A stretch of DNA of 20,000 bases from Vicugna vicugna (lineage: Eukaryota): NCBI GenBank assembly GCA_013265495.1, contig MU057930.1, forward strand, positions 690,788-710,787, written 5' to 3'. The notes under the pieces are model-generated. The model worked only from the letters and a program-made list of their open reading frames with translations, had not been told where the DNA came from and ran no database searches. The translations under genes and the position numbers were made by a program. Shown in pieces: positions 10,154-20,000 of the stretch (within the stretch, counting starts at the first letter, position 1; every line of letters begins with the position of its first letter).

Positions 10154-10925
10154 GGAGAGGGTGTGGAGAAAAGGGAGCCCTCCTATACTTGTTGGTCAGA
10201 GTGTAAACTGGGCAGCCACTATGGAGAACAGTATGGAGGTTCCCTTAAAAAACTAAAAACAGAATTATCATATGACCCAGCAATCCCACACCTGGACATA
10301 TATCTGGAGGGAACTAACTGGAAAAGATATTTGCACCCCAGGATTCATAGGAGCGCTATTTTCAACAGCCAAGACAGGGAGGCAACCTCAATGTCCACTG
10401 ACATATGACTGGATAAAGAAGATGTATACACAAAGGAATACTATGCAGCCATGAAAAAGAATAAAAGAATGCTATTTGCAGCAACATGGATGGATCTGGA
10501 GATGATCATATTAAGTCAAGTTAGTCAGACAGAGAAAGACAAATACCATATGATATCACTTATATGGTGAATCTAAAAAAAATGATTCAAATGAACTTAT
10601 TTACAAACAGAAACAGACTCACAAGACAAAAAAAAACCAGATTCTGGTTATCGAAGGGGAAAGGCGGGGGGAGGGACAAATCAGGAGTTTGGGACTAGCA
10701 GATAGAAATGACTATATATAAAATAGATAAACAACGAGGTCCTACTGCAGAGCACAGGGAACTATATTCAATATCTTGTAATAATCTATAATGGAAAAGA
10801 GTATGAAAAATCTATATATACAACTGGATCTATATATACATAACATGTATAACTGAATCACTGTGCTGGACACCAGAAGCTAACTCAACATTGTAAATCA
10901 ACTATACTTCAATTTTTAAAGTTTT
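10154..10925 (+). mobile_element. 5'-truncated L1 (artiodactyl-type), ORF2 C-terminal remnant and 3' UTR
   Basis: ORF 10112-10408 contains GEGVEKREPSYT..SHYGEQYGGSLKKLKTELSYDPAIPHLDIY (decayed L1 ORF2 end). 3' UTR motifs: ggagtttgggactagcagata, aacaacgaggtcctactgcagagcacagggaactatattcaatatcttgtaataa, ttgtaaatcaactatacttcaat. Possible TSD aaaacagga at 10148-10156 and 10940-10948. Confidence 0.93.
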
Positions 10926-12109
10926 AGAATTGTTTAAATAAAACAGGAAGGGATGGACGTTAACAGACACATACAGACAACAGGCAGATGGACGGCTGAC
11001 AGACAGATGCAGACAGAAGAGGATTTTATAAGCCTGTTTCCCCAATGGGAGAGTAAAGCTCATCACAGCCCACCTGACAATTCCCCATAGTCCCATTTCT
11101 AACAGCCCACTCAGTCCCCCGGCAGCTCCAGGAGGCGGGAAGGAAGCCAGCAGACACCTACGGAGAGGCTGGTACCCAGGGGGTGGGCTGCCAAGAGTCA
11201 GCGGGGGCATGTGGAGGCCCTTCTCACGCCCTCCCATCATCAGTGCACCCCAGTTGCCAGCAATCATCCTCCTTTACCTGGCACACCAGCTGCCAGCGGT
11301 CAGGAGTTTACTCCCCACCTCCACCCAAGGGAGGCAAAGGTTTTATCTCATTAACTGGTTAGGCTGGTGAAATTAGTTTGGAAATGTTTAAAATTGTTAA
11401 AAAAAAAATTAAGATAATTTCTCAGCAGGGTGAAAGTAGGCAGCATGCAGCATGTTACTAGAATGTCGGTCCCCTCCCGACAATGGTATCTGCTTCTGTA
11501 TGTTGAAAACATGTTTGCAGAAAGATACAAGAGACTGACCAGGACAGGAACCTAGACAGTCAGGGGGAGAGGACAACTGGGGACCAAAAAAGGAATGCAT
11601 TGCCCTGCGTAACTTTCTTAATTTTTTATTTATGAAGTACACAAATCTTTTATCTACAGTATAATTAAGTTTATGTTAAACTGATCAACTTAATGAAACA
11701 TAATAATTAATATGCTTATGAATCTGTGAATTCTCTAAATATTCTGCCCATAATTTAATTTCTAACATGTCTAAGTATTACCTTTAGTAGTTCCTTGTTC
11801 AGTAATTATTCCAATGAAGTGTCTTGTTTGCAAAAAAAAAAAAATGTTAAATAATTATTGCAAAATAATGGCTAGGTCATAAGGAATGAATTTATCGTGG
11901 TGAAACCCCGTGAGGTTTTTCTCCCTCGTGGTAATATCAGAAAAGATTACAAATACATAAACTGCAATATAGGAAATCTTAAGTATTTAAAGCAGACAGT
12001 CCTCTGCCTAAAAAGTTGGGTTTGGGAAATTACTGCTTCAAATTCCAAGCACAGTCAAACTTCTGTTTTATGGGGAAAAAAACGTTTAGAAGGTGTTTTT
12101 AAAAGAACA

Positions 12110-12201
12110 TGTGTTAACTGTAAATCACCTCAAAACTGCAGAACAGGACACCTTGAATGGGGGAATCTCTTGGTATGTGAATTGCATCTTGATAGGCAAA
12201 A
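12110..12201 (+). mobile_element. Old L1M 3' terminal fragment
   Basis: aaaactgcagaacaggacaccttgaatgggggaatctcttggtatgtgaattgcatcttgata resembles 'cactgaattgtacactttaaatgggtgaattgtatggtatgtgaattatatctcaata'. Confidence 0.65.
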
Positions 12202-12870
12202 TTTACACACACACAAAAAAAAAGAATGTGTGTTTTGGATACACTTCCGAAGGTTTTTTTTTTTTTTTAACTTGGAATATGTAACTTCAAAGATCTGCTG
12301 AATCAACTGGACAGGATTCAGCCCAGCCCTGGGAGGGAGGGGTTAGTTCTGTGAGTTTGCTAGTCCAGACAGATCTAGAAAAAACAAAAGCAAGTAACTC
12401 CTCCCAGATTCTGCTGAGTCAAGCAACCTCCAGTTTCACAGCGCCCCACTGTAAAAAGATAAAAATAGACAAGAAGATAATAATAGACATTTTTTTAGAA
12501 CTACAATTCCTCCATTTACAGACGATTTACGAAGTTACACTCTCTCCCGGGCAAAGACACAAAGTGTGTGAGCACGAAAGAAAAAAAGGCACGCAGGAAG
12601 TTCGCCACCCGGATCCCGACACTAACAAGGGCTACCCGAGGAAATGCCTGGGATTCCCGGCTCTGCCCGGGGCTTTCCAAAAGCAGCTATCTGCAGCTTT
12701 GCGTAGATCGCTTGGTGATCGCCCAGAAGCACAAAGGATGGTCTCTTGTTGTGCATACACGACACACGCCAGGCAGGTTAAAGATGCAGCCCCCGAAACT
12801 GCATCCAGGGTGGCATGTGATGATCTCAAAGTCCCCCGCAAAGTTATCAAAAACGTGTTCCGCTTCAGAT

Positions 12871-13088
12871 CACGGTTTCCCAAGCTCAGCATTACTGAAT
12901 TCTGGGTGAGGCAGCTCTGTGTGGTGGGAGGCGTCCTGTGCACTGTAGGGTCAACACTGAGCAGGATCTCAGGTCTCCCCCCACCAGATCCCAAGAGCCC
13001 CCTTCCTGCAGTTGTGACAATCATAATGTCTGCAGACACTACCAAGTGTCCCCTGAGGAGCAGAACTGCTCTTGGTGGAAGACCGCTG
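12871..13088 (-). mobile_element. MER20 (hAT-Charlie) non-autonomous DNA transposon, near full length
   Basis: cacggtttcccaagctcagca...gtcctgtgcactgtagg...cagttgtgacaatcataatgtctgcagacactaccaagtgtcccctgagg...gaagaccgctg. The 8-bp flanks cttcagat and ctatagat match at 6/8. Confidence 0.88.
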
Positions 13089-13680
13089 CTATAGATAGAT
13101 GATGGATGGATGGATGGATAAACGGACAGACGAACGGACAGAAGGATGGATGATGGATGTATAGACAGATGATGGACAGATGGATGGATGGACAGATGAT
13201 GCATGGATAGATAGATGATGGACAGATGGATGAATAGATGGACAGATGGATGTATGTATGGATAGATGGACGGACAGATGATGGGTGGAAAGATAGATGA
13301 TGGACAGACAGACGGATGGGCAGATGGACGGATGGATGTATGGATGGATGGATGGACGGATGATGGGTGGAGAGATAGATGATGGACGGACAGATGGATG
13401 GGTAGATGGACGGATGGATGGATGGTACACGGACAGATGGATGGATGTATGCATAGATGGATGAACGGATGATGGGTGGAGAGAGAGATGGGTAGATGGA
13501 CGGATGGATGGATGGATACATGGAAAGACGGATGGGTGGATGGGTGGATGGACGGATGGACGGATGATCGACAGATGATGGATGGATGATGGACGGATGG
13601 GTAAATGGATGGGTAGATGGATGGATGAATAGGTTGATGGATAGACGTGATGGACAGATGGATGGACAGATAGATAAAGA
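13089..13680 (+). repeat. Degenerate (GGAT/AGAT/GGAC)n tandem array, about 590 bp
   Basis: Continuous gatg/gata/gacg/gaca units. A shorter related (GACA/GATA) patch follows at about 13808-13870. Confidence 0.95.
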
Positions 13681-13890
13681 GAGAGCTGCAGTAACCTATG
13701 TCAACAGGTTTCCAGTTGGAGGGTGAAATTACCTCATTGCTCTGGAAACACCAACATTTAGGGAACAGGGAGACAAGAGTTCCCAAATGTCCTGGATGAA
13801 TGCATAGGGATGACAGACAGACAGATAAATAGACAGATGTTAGAGATAGATGACTGACTGATTGATAGACACAATCTCTCATGAATTGAC

Positions 13891-14076
13891 CAGAGGCTCT
13901 CGGCCTCAGCACTGCTGACCCCGGGGTGGAGGACTCTCTGATGTGGGGCATCCTGTGCACCGTGGGGTGTGGAGCTGCGTCCTTGGTCTCCACCCACCTA
14001 TTACAACAATCAGTCATGTCTCCAGGCACTGCCCAGTGTCCAGTGGGGGCAGAATCACCTTCCGTTGAGAACCACG
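13891..14076 (-). mobile_element. MER20 copy with internal deletion
   Basis: cagaggctctcggcctcagcactgctgac...tcctgtgcaccgtggggtgtggagc...ttggtctccacccac...atgtctccaggcactgcccagtgtcc..tgggggcagaatcacc..gttgagaaccac. Confidence 0.85.
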
Positions 14077-14133
14077 ACTTTGGAGTAAGACAGCCCAGTC
14101 GATCTTTCCATGGCGACAGACACAGTCTAGGTC

Positions 14134-14240
14134 CATGCTGTCCAGCACAGTGGCCACAAGCTCACAGCAGCTCCAGATTCGGGGCGACTGCGTTTCTAGC
14201 GTGCTGAACGTGACCGCTGGCTACCATATTGGACAGCCTT
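14134..14240. mobile_element. MER3/MER33-like hAT element, internally deleted
   Basis: Inverted termini gctgtccagcacagtggccac (from 14137) and tggctaccatattggacagc (to 14237) resemble the MER3/MER33 ends. Confidence 0.65.
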
Positions 14241-14744
14241 AGGGTTGCCACAACTCAGCTCTCGCTCACTTCTTGTGTCAAGTGCGCACCGCCCCATCGG
14301 AAACGTTGGGAAGTCCACCTCTGGACAGCAGATGGTTTACGTGGTCCACGTTATGAACACAATCTAGCTCTCTAAACAAAAACTGGGTCAATCTAACGAA
14401 ATCAAGGCTCCAACTTCCATGCAGGCGGGGCTGAGGAACGTGGGCCAATACAGGAGGGTGTATATTGAGGACGGTCACTAGAAGACGTGTGAGTCAGTCT
14501 AATGAAATCAGTGGATACGTGACTCTACGTATGTGAAACAGCCACAGCGCACGCAGGGCTGGACCCTGATTTCAGCTGGTTCCAGCAGCCAGCCAGCATT
14601 CGTAATGGCAGCGGCCAAGGCTCCGGTGAGCTCCCCTGGGTGTCGTGCGCTCGTCAGGCTGGGGACTTCAGAGGACAGGTGTGGGCAGAGCGACGTGACA
14701 ATGAACCACGCCTTTGGTGTGAAGGTCAAGAAAGACTACTTACT

Positions 14745-14889
14745 ATTTATTTTTTTACTTTTTTTTGCATTTTTTTAACGTTTTTTAACTTTTTTGGGGG
14801 GGAAGTAATTAGGTTTGGTTGTTTAATTTTAATGGACGGGCTGGGGACGCACCTCATGCATGCCAAGCACACACTCTGCACCCTCCTCC
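14745..14889 (-). mobile_element. Decayed Vic-1-type SINE lacking both Pol III boxes
   Basis: T-rich tail, ggggggaagtaattaggttt, aatggacgggctgggga..acctcatgcatgccaagcacacactct..ccctcctcc. Confidence 0.8.
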
Positions 14890-15359
14890 ACAGCTGCATC
14901 TGCCCATTTCACTCCCTTTTGGTATTGATTCCATTATCATTTCAGAGCCCACGGCACTAAATTCAGGCATTCAGAAAACCCTGAACACATGACATCGCAG
15001 GCAGATAGGTGTCTTCCATTGAAAGTCTCTGTGAAGGTCCCCTCTTCCAACCACAACCTCTTCTCCAAGATCAAAGGCGTCATTTGAGCGTGTGACAGAG
15101 ACATGCTTTCCCGCCACAATCTTCCTCCGGGATTTTCTCCCTTGTGCTGAGGGATGTCCAGTTCGCACCGCACAACTCTCCTTCCCCAAAGACTCAGGAG
15201 TGAGGCTGCATCCACCCCCAGGAGGGTCCCTGGGAGTTGTCTTAAATGTCCCCTATGGCCCTGGATCGGGGTTAGAACCCACCCTTGATCTCTGGGTGAT
15301 GCAGGCAAACTGTGTGCTGGAAAAGCACATGGAATCCAAACACGTACTGAGAAAACCAA

Positions 15360-16345
15360 AACGAGTCCGCCGGCCCACGCCCGCGCCTGGCGGCCGCCCG
15401 GCTAGAACAAGAGGTGTCCTGCTCCCAGGCACATTCCTCCACGGGCCTGGCCGGGACACGCCGGGGACCTGCTCCCCACGGAGCCTCCACGCCACCCACT
15501 TGGGAGGTGAAGTTCAACGCCGGCAACAAATAAAGCCGACAGGAAGAGGACGCCTCCACTCCTCCAGGGTCGGGAGGAAAGCTCGTCACTCTTCGTTGAC
15601 GGCCCTCCTGTGAGGCGTGCCCCCTGTCACGCGTCGGACCCAAGGACCCCCGAGTGACCCCCGCACCGCGCTGGCTGGCGCCCTCCTCCGTGCTCATCCC
15701 ACGGCCGCTTCCTTCTTTCCGCGGGATGTGTGTCACGAGGCATCGGCGTCTGCTCTGGGCTGCAGATGAAGCAGCCTGGGGCTCCACGCAGCACTGCTTC
15801 TGCAACAAGGACGTTCTAAAGGGACAATTCACAAGCCAGCTTCTGGGGCACATCACGGGCCTGTGCACCCGGGAGCCACCCGCCCTGCTCACTCAGCAGG
15901 AACCCGGGCAGCGAGCTCTGGAAGCGGATGGAGGCTGCTTTACCCTACAAAGAGGCGGCCGCTCTCTGGCTTCACCGGAGCGCTCAAGTTGGAACAATCG
16001 GAGTGTTTTCAATAGCCAGGAGGGCTGTCACCCCATCCACCAAAGACCGTCCACGCACAGGGGCGTGTGCAAACCTGTGCATGTTCTGGGATCTCTCGCG
16101 TGTGCACTCGGACCGTGCACTGCTGAGGGCAGAAAGGAAAGCACACGACTGCACTGGCCAGCTCAGTGCAGAAGGAGGCTCCCCCTTTTACAAAGTGGGC
16201 AGAGCTCCCTCCGACAACCCAGGAGGTGAAGGACCCACCAGCCCGGGGATGGTTCTGCCGAGAGCATCCCGCGTCCTGGGCGGAGACTCTGACGCTAACG
16301 CGGAGTCCGCGCGCACGGCAGGATGTTGTGCCTGCGGCCTCATCC
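15360..16345. promoter_or_regulatory. Intronic GC/CpG-rich patch (CpG-island-like)
   Basis: Dense CpGs by eye (ccgccggcccacgcccgcgcctggcggccgcccgg, cacgcgtcgg, gcggccgc twice, ccgcgcgcacgg) outside recognisable repeats. CpG observed/expected not computed. Confidence 0.4.
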
Positions 16346-16737
16346 GCCCTTTGCTTTTAAGGAAACCCAGCAGCTGTCCTGCAGTGCGCTGTGTTTAGAC
16401 ACAGGCTTCTGGAGCAGGTGACCGCCAGCTCCCCTTCTCCACGCTTAATTTTTGCTGTCTGGGGAAGCAGCTGGGGGGTTTTGATACGTGCAGGGGGGAC
16501 GGGAAGTAAGCCAGCACCAGCTGGGACAGAGAGACGGAAACCCACGTGAAAGCAGGGCGCCTTAGAGGGTCCCCCGGCCGCGAGGGTTAGAACCCACCCG
16601 GCTCCCCCCAGGGCGGTGGGCAGAGATGGCGTTGGCTCAGCAGTTCTCTTGGGTCCCAATGCCAATTCTGTGGCTCTCTGGGACCCTCAAGAGGAACAGC
16701 CCAGAAGCTCGCTCAAAATACAACACTTTCAGACACT

Positions 16738-16753
16738 ACACACACACACACAC
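16738..16753 (+). repeat. (AC)8 microsatellite
   Basis: Direct reading. Confidence 0.9.
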
Positions 16754-17597
16754 AAAAATCTCGAGCAGGAATCAATGAAACTGAAAACAAGAAACTCAAT
16801 CCAGAAAAAAAAAGAAAAAAGGATAAGGTAGACCAGAAGCTTTGACCAGAATCAACACAATGGTTGGATCCCCCAGAAGCTGCCACCAAAATAAAATGCT
16901 TACTAACCTGCTTCAGGGTAAACGAAACGACAGTGCTTCTGAGTGAAGCCACCTCCAACTAGAGCTATTTGTACGCGAGGATCCAGGCGATACTCTGAGT
17001 CACCAGACGGTTTTTTTTTTTTTTTTTCCCTTCTGGGTAATATATACTTTATTTCCTCAAGGTTGGTAAGGCTGAACACTACTCAGGCAGAATTTCCAAA
17101 AGAGGAAATTGTAGAAAGTCTGCCTTCCTGACGCCCTTCTGATTTTGGAGAGTGTCAGTCCAAGCTAGAATTTTCAATCTCCGCTGAATGACTTTTTTTT
17201 TTTGGCAATTGTCCCCAAATGTAAAGGGGCTGAGCACCCACCTCTCCCTGCCTCCTTGCAAGACAACTCCACCCTGGGGGGGTGGGGGTGGCGGTGAGCA
17301 CACATGCAGAGGCAGGCGTGCCTGGGCTCAGAGCCCCACTTTGCTCTGCCGGCTCCCAACTCAGACCTGAGGCGGCATCAGCGTTGCAAAGGACTTTGTT
17401 CCGCGGAGCCCGCCAGCCACACCCAGCCTCAGATCTGCAGGGATCCTTTGTTTGGGCAAAGAGGCTCCCGAGATAATGCTCCATCCAAGCAGGCTGAAAT
17501 CACCGAGCAAATTAATTGTCAGCCATCTGACAAGAACCCTGGGGAGCTGGCCGTCCAAACTCCCTCTGTGATTTGTCTCATCAAAAGCACGTCCAGT

Positions 17598-17714
17598 GCG
17601 GAGTGTAGAGCTCGGTGGTAGAAGGGGTACTTAGCATGCATGAGGTCCTGGGGTCAATCCTCAGTCCCTGCACTAAAAAATAAACACCTAATGACGTCCC
17701 CCCACCAAAAATAA
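17598..17714 (+). mobile_element. tRNA-derived SINE, camelid Vic-1 type, diverged
   Basis: ggagtgtagagctcggtggtaga...cttagcatgcatgaggtcctggggtcaatcctcagtccc...aaaaaataaacacctaatgacgtcccccc-accaaaaa. Confidence 0.85.
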
Positions 17715-18915
17715 TATATGTATTTACCTCCCCGAATAAACCGCCTCGAGAGAATTCATACAGCGCCCGCCCGTTAGACGGGCTCATGACACCACAGCAT
17801 CCATTTGCAGAATTTTTGTGCATTTGAGCAGGGACGCTGTGAGACAGCGTGCTTTTGCTGTTAACTAGTTGGAAACGCCAGTGTGAATCCGCAAATGGGT
17901 ACATGGGGGAAGCAGCACAGAAGATGTGGAAGGTAGAGCTTTCTGGAAACGTGGAACCACCCAGCGGGCGGGGACCTCAGATGCCCACGATTCTAGCCTG
18001 GACAGTCCTCCTGGAAAATGGGACGGAAGGGGCTGAGCAGGTGTTGGGGAGGCCCCGGAAGCCCCTGGCAGGAGATAAAAGGCTGAGAGGAGCGCCCCCC
18101 GAGGTGTCCGACAGGGAACTCCCACCTGGGGACAAGCTGAGTCACGGGACTGGCAGCAAGACTCGGGGCTCCGCCTGACACCACAGGGCACACACCTTCT
18201 CTCCCGCCCACCCACGGTCATGGCTGATAAAGGGTGTTCTGACGGGGCCAGCCTCGGGGACACTCAGGATGTTTGAATGGAAGACTCGCTGGATGACTTC
18301 AAAAGCATCCATGACTAGTTACGTCTTCGCCAATTCGAATGTGACCCAAATGCCAAGTGGACTTCTGTTTCAGTGCCTTAAGGACGTAGAAAAAGATGTA
18401 GCATCGTGTCCACCTAACCCAGCGCAGGGTGGGAGACCCCACCCGTGAAACGCAAGGAAGTGCTCCTACAGTTGGAAGCTGCTTACAAAGCTCTCGCAGT
18501 GATGGTTTTATGCTTCAAATTCATGAACATTCTCAAGACCCCTGTGGAGCACTCCTCCCTCTCTGACCTGACCTCCGTCCCACAAGTGGGCACAAGCCTG
18601 GCTTCGGGGACTCCACGTGCCCGCCCACCGCACCTCCCCGCCCTGGGGCCATGTGGCTCAGAGCTGCGGGTCGGAAGGTCCCTCCTGGGGCCGGAAGCTC
18701 CTGGAAGGTAAGGCTTTGTCATCCCACCTGTGAGCCATTCTGTCCCTGGGGCGCCCTTGCAACATCAGAACTGGTTCTGCGTGCTCGGCACAGGGGAGGG
18801 GCCCACGGAGGTGGCAATTAGCGGTGGACACCATTCCAGCCCCGCAGAAGAGGGCACAGACGTGACAGCCCCAATTAACTCATTAATTCCTTCCCCAGTG
18901 CTCGAGCGAGGGTGT

Positions 18916-18937
18916 ACACACACACACACACACACAC
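18916..18937 (+). repeat. (AC)11 microsatellite
   Basis: Direct reading. Confidence 0.93.
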
Positions 18938-19156
18938 GACGTGCAGCCCCATTCGTTGGTAAACAGATCCAGCATTTCTCCCTCTGTGTAGTCATGGAAC
19001 AACTTTTCATTGTTACCATGGTTTCCCCATTGATAGAAATCGATGCCGCTGGACCAGGACCGAGGCCACCCCGGGGGCAGCTGCCCAGCCCACCGCCTTC
19101 TCCAAAGTGGAGGCACATTTCAGGCGAGGGGTGCACAGCACGCTAGAAAAACCAGT

Positions 19157-19672
19157 GTGTGGCACACAGAGTAATGCCCACCCACCACAAAGATGGCCTC
19201 CTCCTGACCCCAGGAAGCTGGGGATGTATCTGTTTACACGGCAAAGGGGGAACTGAGTTTCAAGGAGCTGGTGCCAGATGCTAATCCCCTCATCCTCCCC
19301 AGGGAGATGACCCTGGGTTGACTGGGTGAGTCTAGCAGAATCACAAGGGTCCTCAGAAGCCTGAGTGAGACACGGGAGAGAGAAACAGAGATGGCAGCAT
19401 GAGAAGGGATTGACCCAGCAATGCCGTCGTCAGTGATGGAGGAAGGCCATCAGCCACGGAATTCGGGCGAGTTCTAGAAGGTGAAAAAGGCAAGGAAACA
19501 GATTCTCCCCTGGAGCTTCCCAAAGAGACCCAGCTCTGCCCACACCTTGATTTTAACCCAGTCATCCCCACATTCGGGTCCCTAACCCTTGGAACTGTAG
19601 AATAATAAAGCCATGTTGTTTTAAGCCACTGAGTTTGCGGTAATTTGTTACAGCTTCCATAGGACACAGAAA
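19157..19672 (+). mobile_element. MLT1 (MLT1D/E-like) solo LTR, near full length
   Basis: tgtggca...taatgccc...tacacggcaaagggg...agggagatgaccctgg...aatcacaagggtcctca...aaaaggcaaggaaacagattctcccctggagcttcc...caccttgattttaaccca...gaactgtagaataataaa...ttttaagccactgagtttgcggtaatttgttacagc. Confidence 0.9.
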
Positions 19673-19917
19673 CGGTGGGAAGGACCACGAGAGAGATCAG
19701 AACAGGAGACCAATGAAGGATGACCTTGCAGAGGGTTTCTGCCGGGGCCCCACCCAGCCCTCAGCTCTCTAACTCAGGAGTCAGAACCAGGAGATGCTCT
19801 GTGCATCAAAGGGGTGACTGCATGACAGGTCTGCTGAAAAGTGCAAACTCCAGATCCATGCAAGACCACCATCATCTGTCCTTGAAGATGAGATGAGCCT
19901 GCATTATGTTTGGAAAA

Positions 19918-20000
19918 TGATGATGGTGATGATGGTGACGGTGGTGACGATGATGATGATGGTGATGGTGATGATGATGATGATGATGGTGATGGTGATG
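19918..20000 (+). repeat. (GAT/GGT)n imperfect trinucleotide array running off the window
   Basis: tgatgatggtgatgatggtgacggtggtgacgatgatgatgat... Confidence 0.93.

Larger units (their letters stand above)
3058..20000 (-). other. PRKX: PRKX upstream intron (intron 1 by homology), partial
   Basis: No sequence resembling the PRKX N-terminal exon (ending about ...LATV/G) found. Repeat-rich non-coding DNA upstream of the acceptor. Confidence 0.8.

Noticed and set aside
10112..10454. ORFs with L1 ORF2-like peptides (also 5231-5602)
   Set aside because: Frameshifted, truncated retrotransposon remnants, not functional CDS.
11620..11900. Strongly AT-rich block
   Set aside because: Probably a decayed ancient repeat, but I could not identify a family, termini or periodicity.
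12351..13094. 247-aa plus-strand ORF
   Set aside because: GTG start, no recognisable domain, last third is MER20-derived.
13700..13795. Possible additional plus-strand MER20 5' fragment
   Set aside because: Similarity (ggtttccagttggagggtgaaatt) is too short and diverged to call without an alignment.
12632..14029. 465-aa minus-strand ORF, with nested 160-aa and 121-aa ORFs
   Set aside because: Open only because the (TCCA)n array is stop-poor (SIHP repeats); its ends are two MER20 copies. No domain and no credible start.
15092..16398. Overlapping 150-200 aa ORFs on both strands
   Set aside because: Expected in GC-rich, stop-poor DNA; Arg/Pro/Gly/Ala-rich with no recognisable homology or splice-supported structure.
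1..20000. CRISPR array, prokaryotic operon/defence system or other novel multi-gene system
   Set aside because: The sequence is a mammalian intron-exon region with no regularly spaced repeat-spacer structure and no gene-dense coding organisation.

Overview
Mammalian genomic DNA, most likely camelid (camel/alpaca/llama, inferred from the tRNA-derived Vic-1-type SINEs). The window lies inside the PRKX gene (cAMP-dependent protein kinase, X-linked), transcribed on the minus strand. Only one coding exon is present: 169 nt at 2889-3057 (exon 2 by homology to human), encoding the Gly-rich loop, the catalytic Lys motif and the alphaC helix, with canonical AG/GT boundaries. The rest is intron, containing five SINEs, several L1 3' fragments (one nested with a perfect 17-bp target-site duplication), four MLT1 (ERVL-MaLR) LTR pieces, hAT-type MER20/MER3-like elements, simple repeats and CpG-rich patches. 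Nearly all ORFs in the supplied track are artefacts of GC-rich or repetitive DNA. I found no evidence of a novel biological system. The most interesting signals are evolutionary (extreme GC3 and CpG retention consistent with pseudoautosomal GC-biased gene conversion, nested retrotransposition, a repeat array starting at a transposon TSD) plus weak regulatory hints. Repeat family names come from recalled consensus sequences, not a database search.
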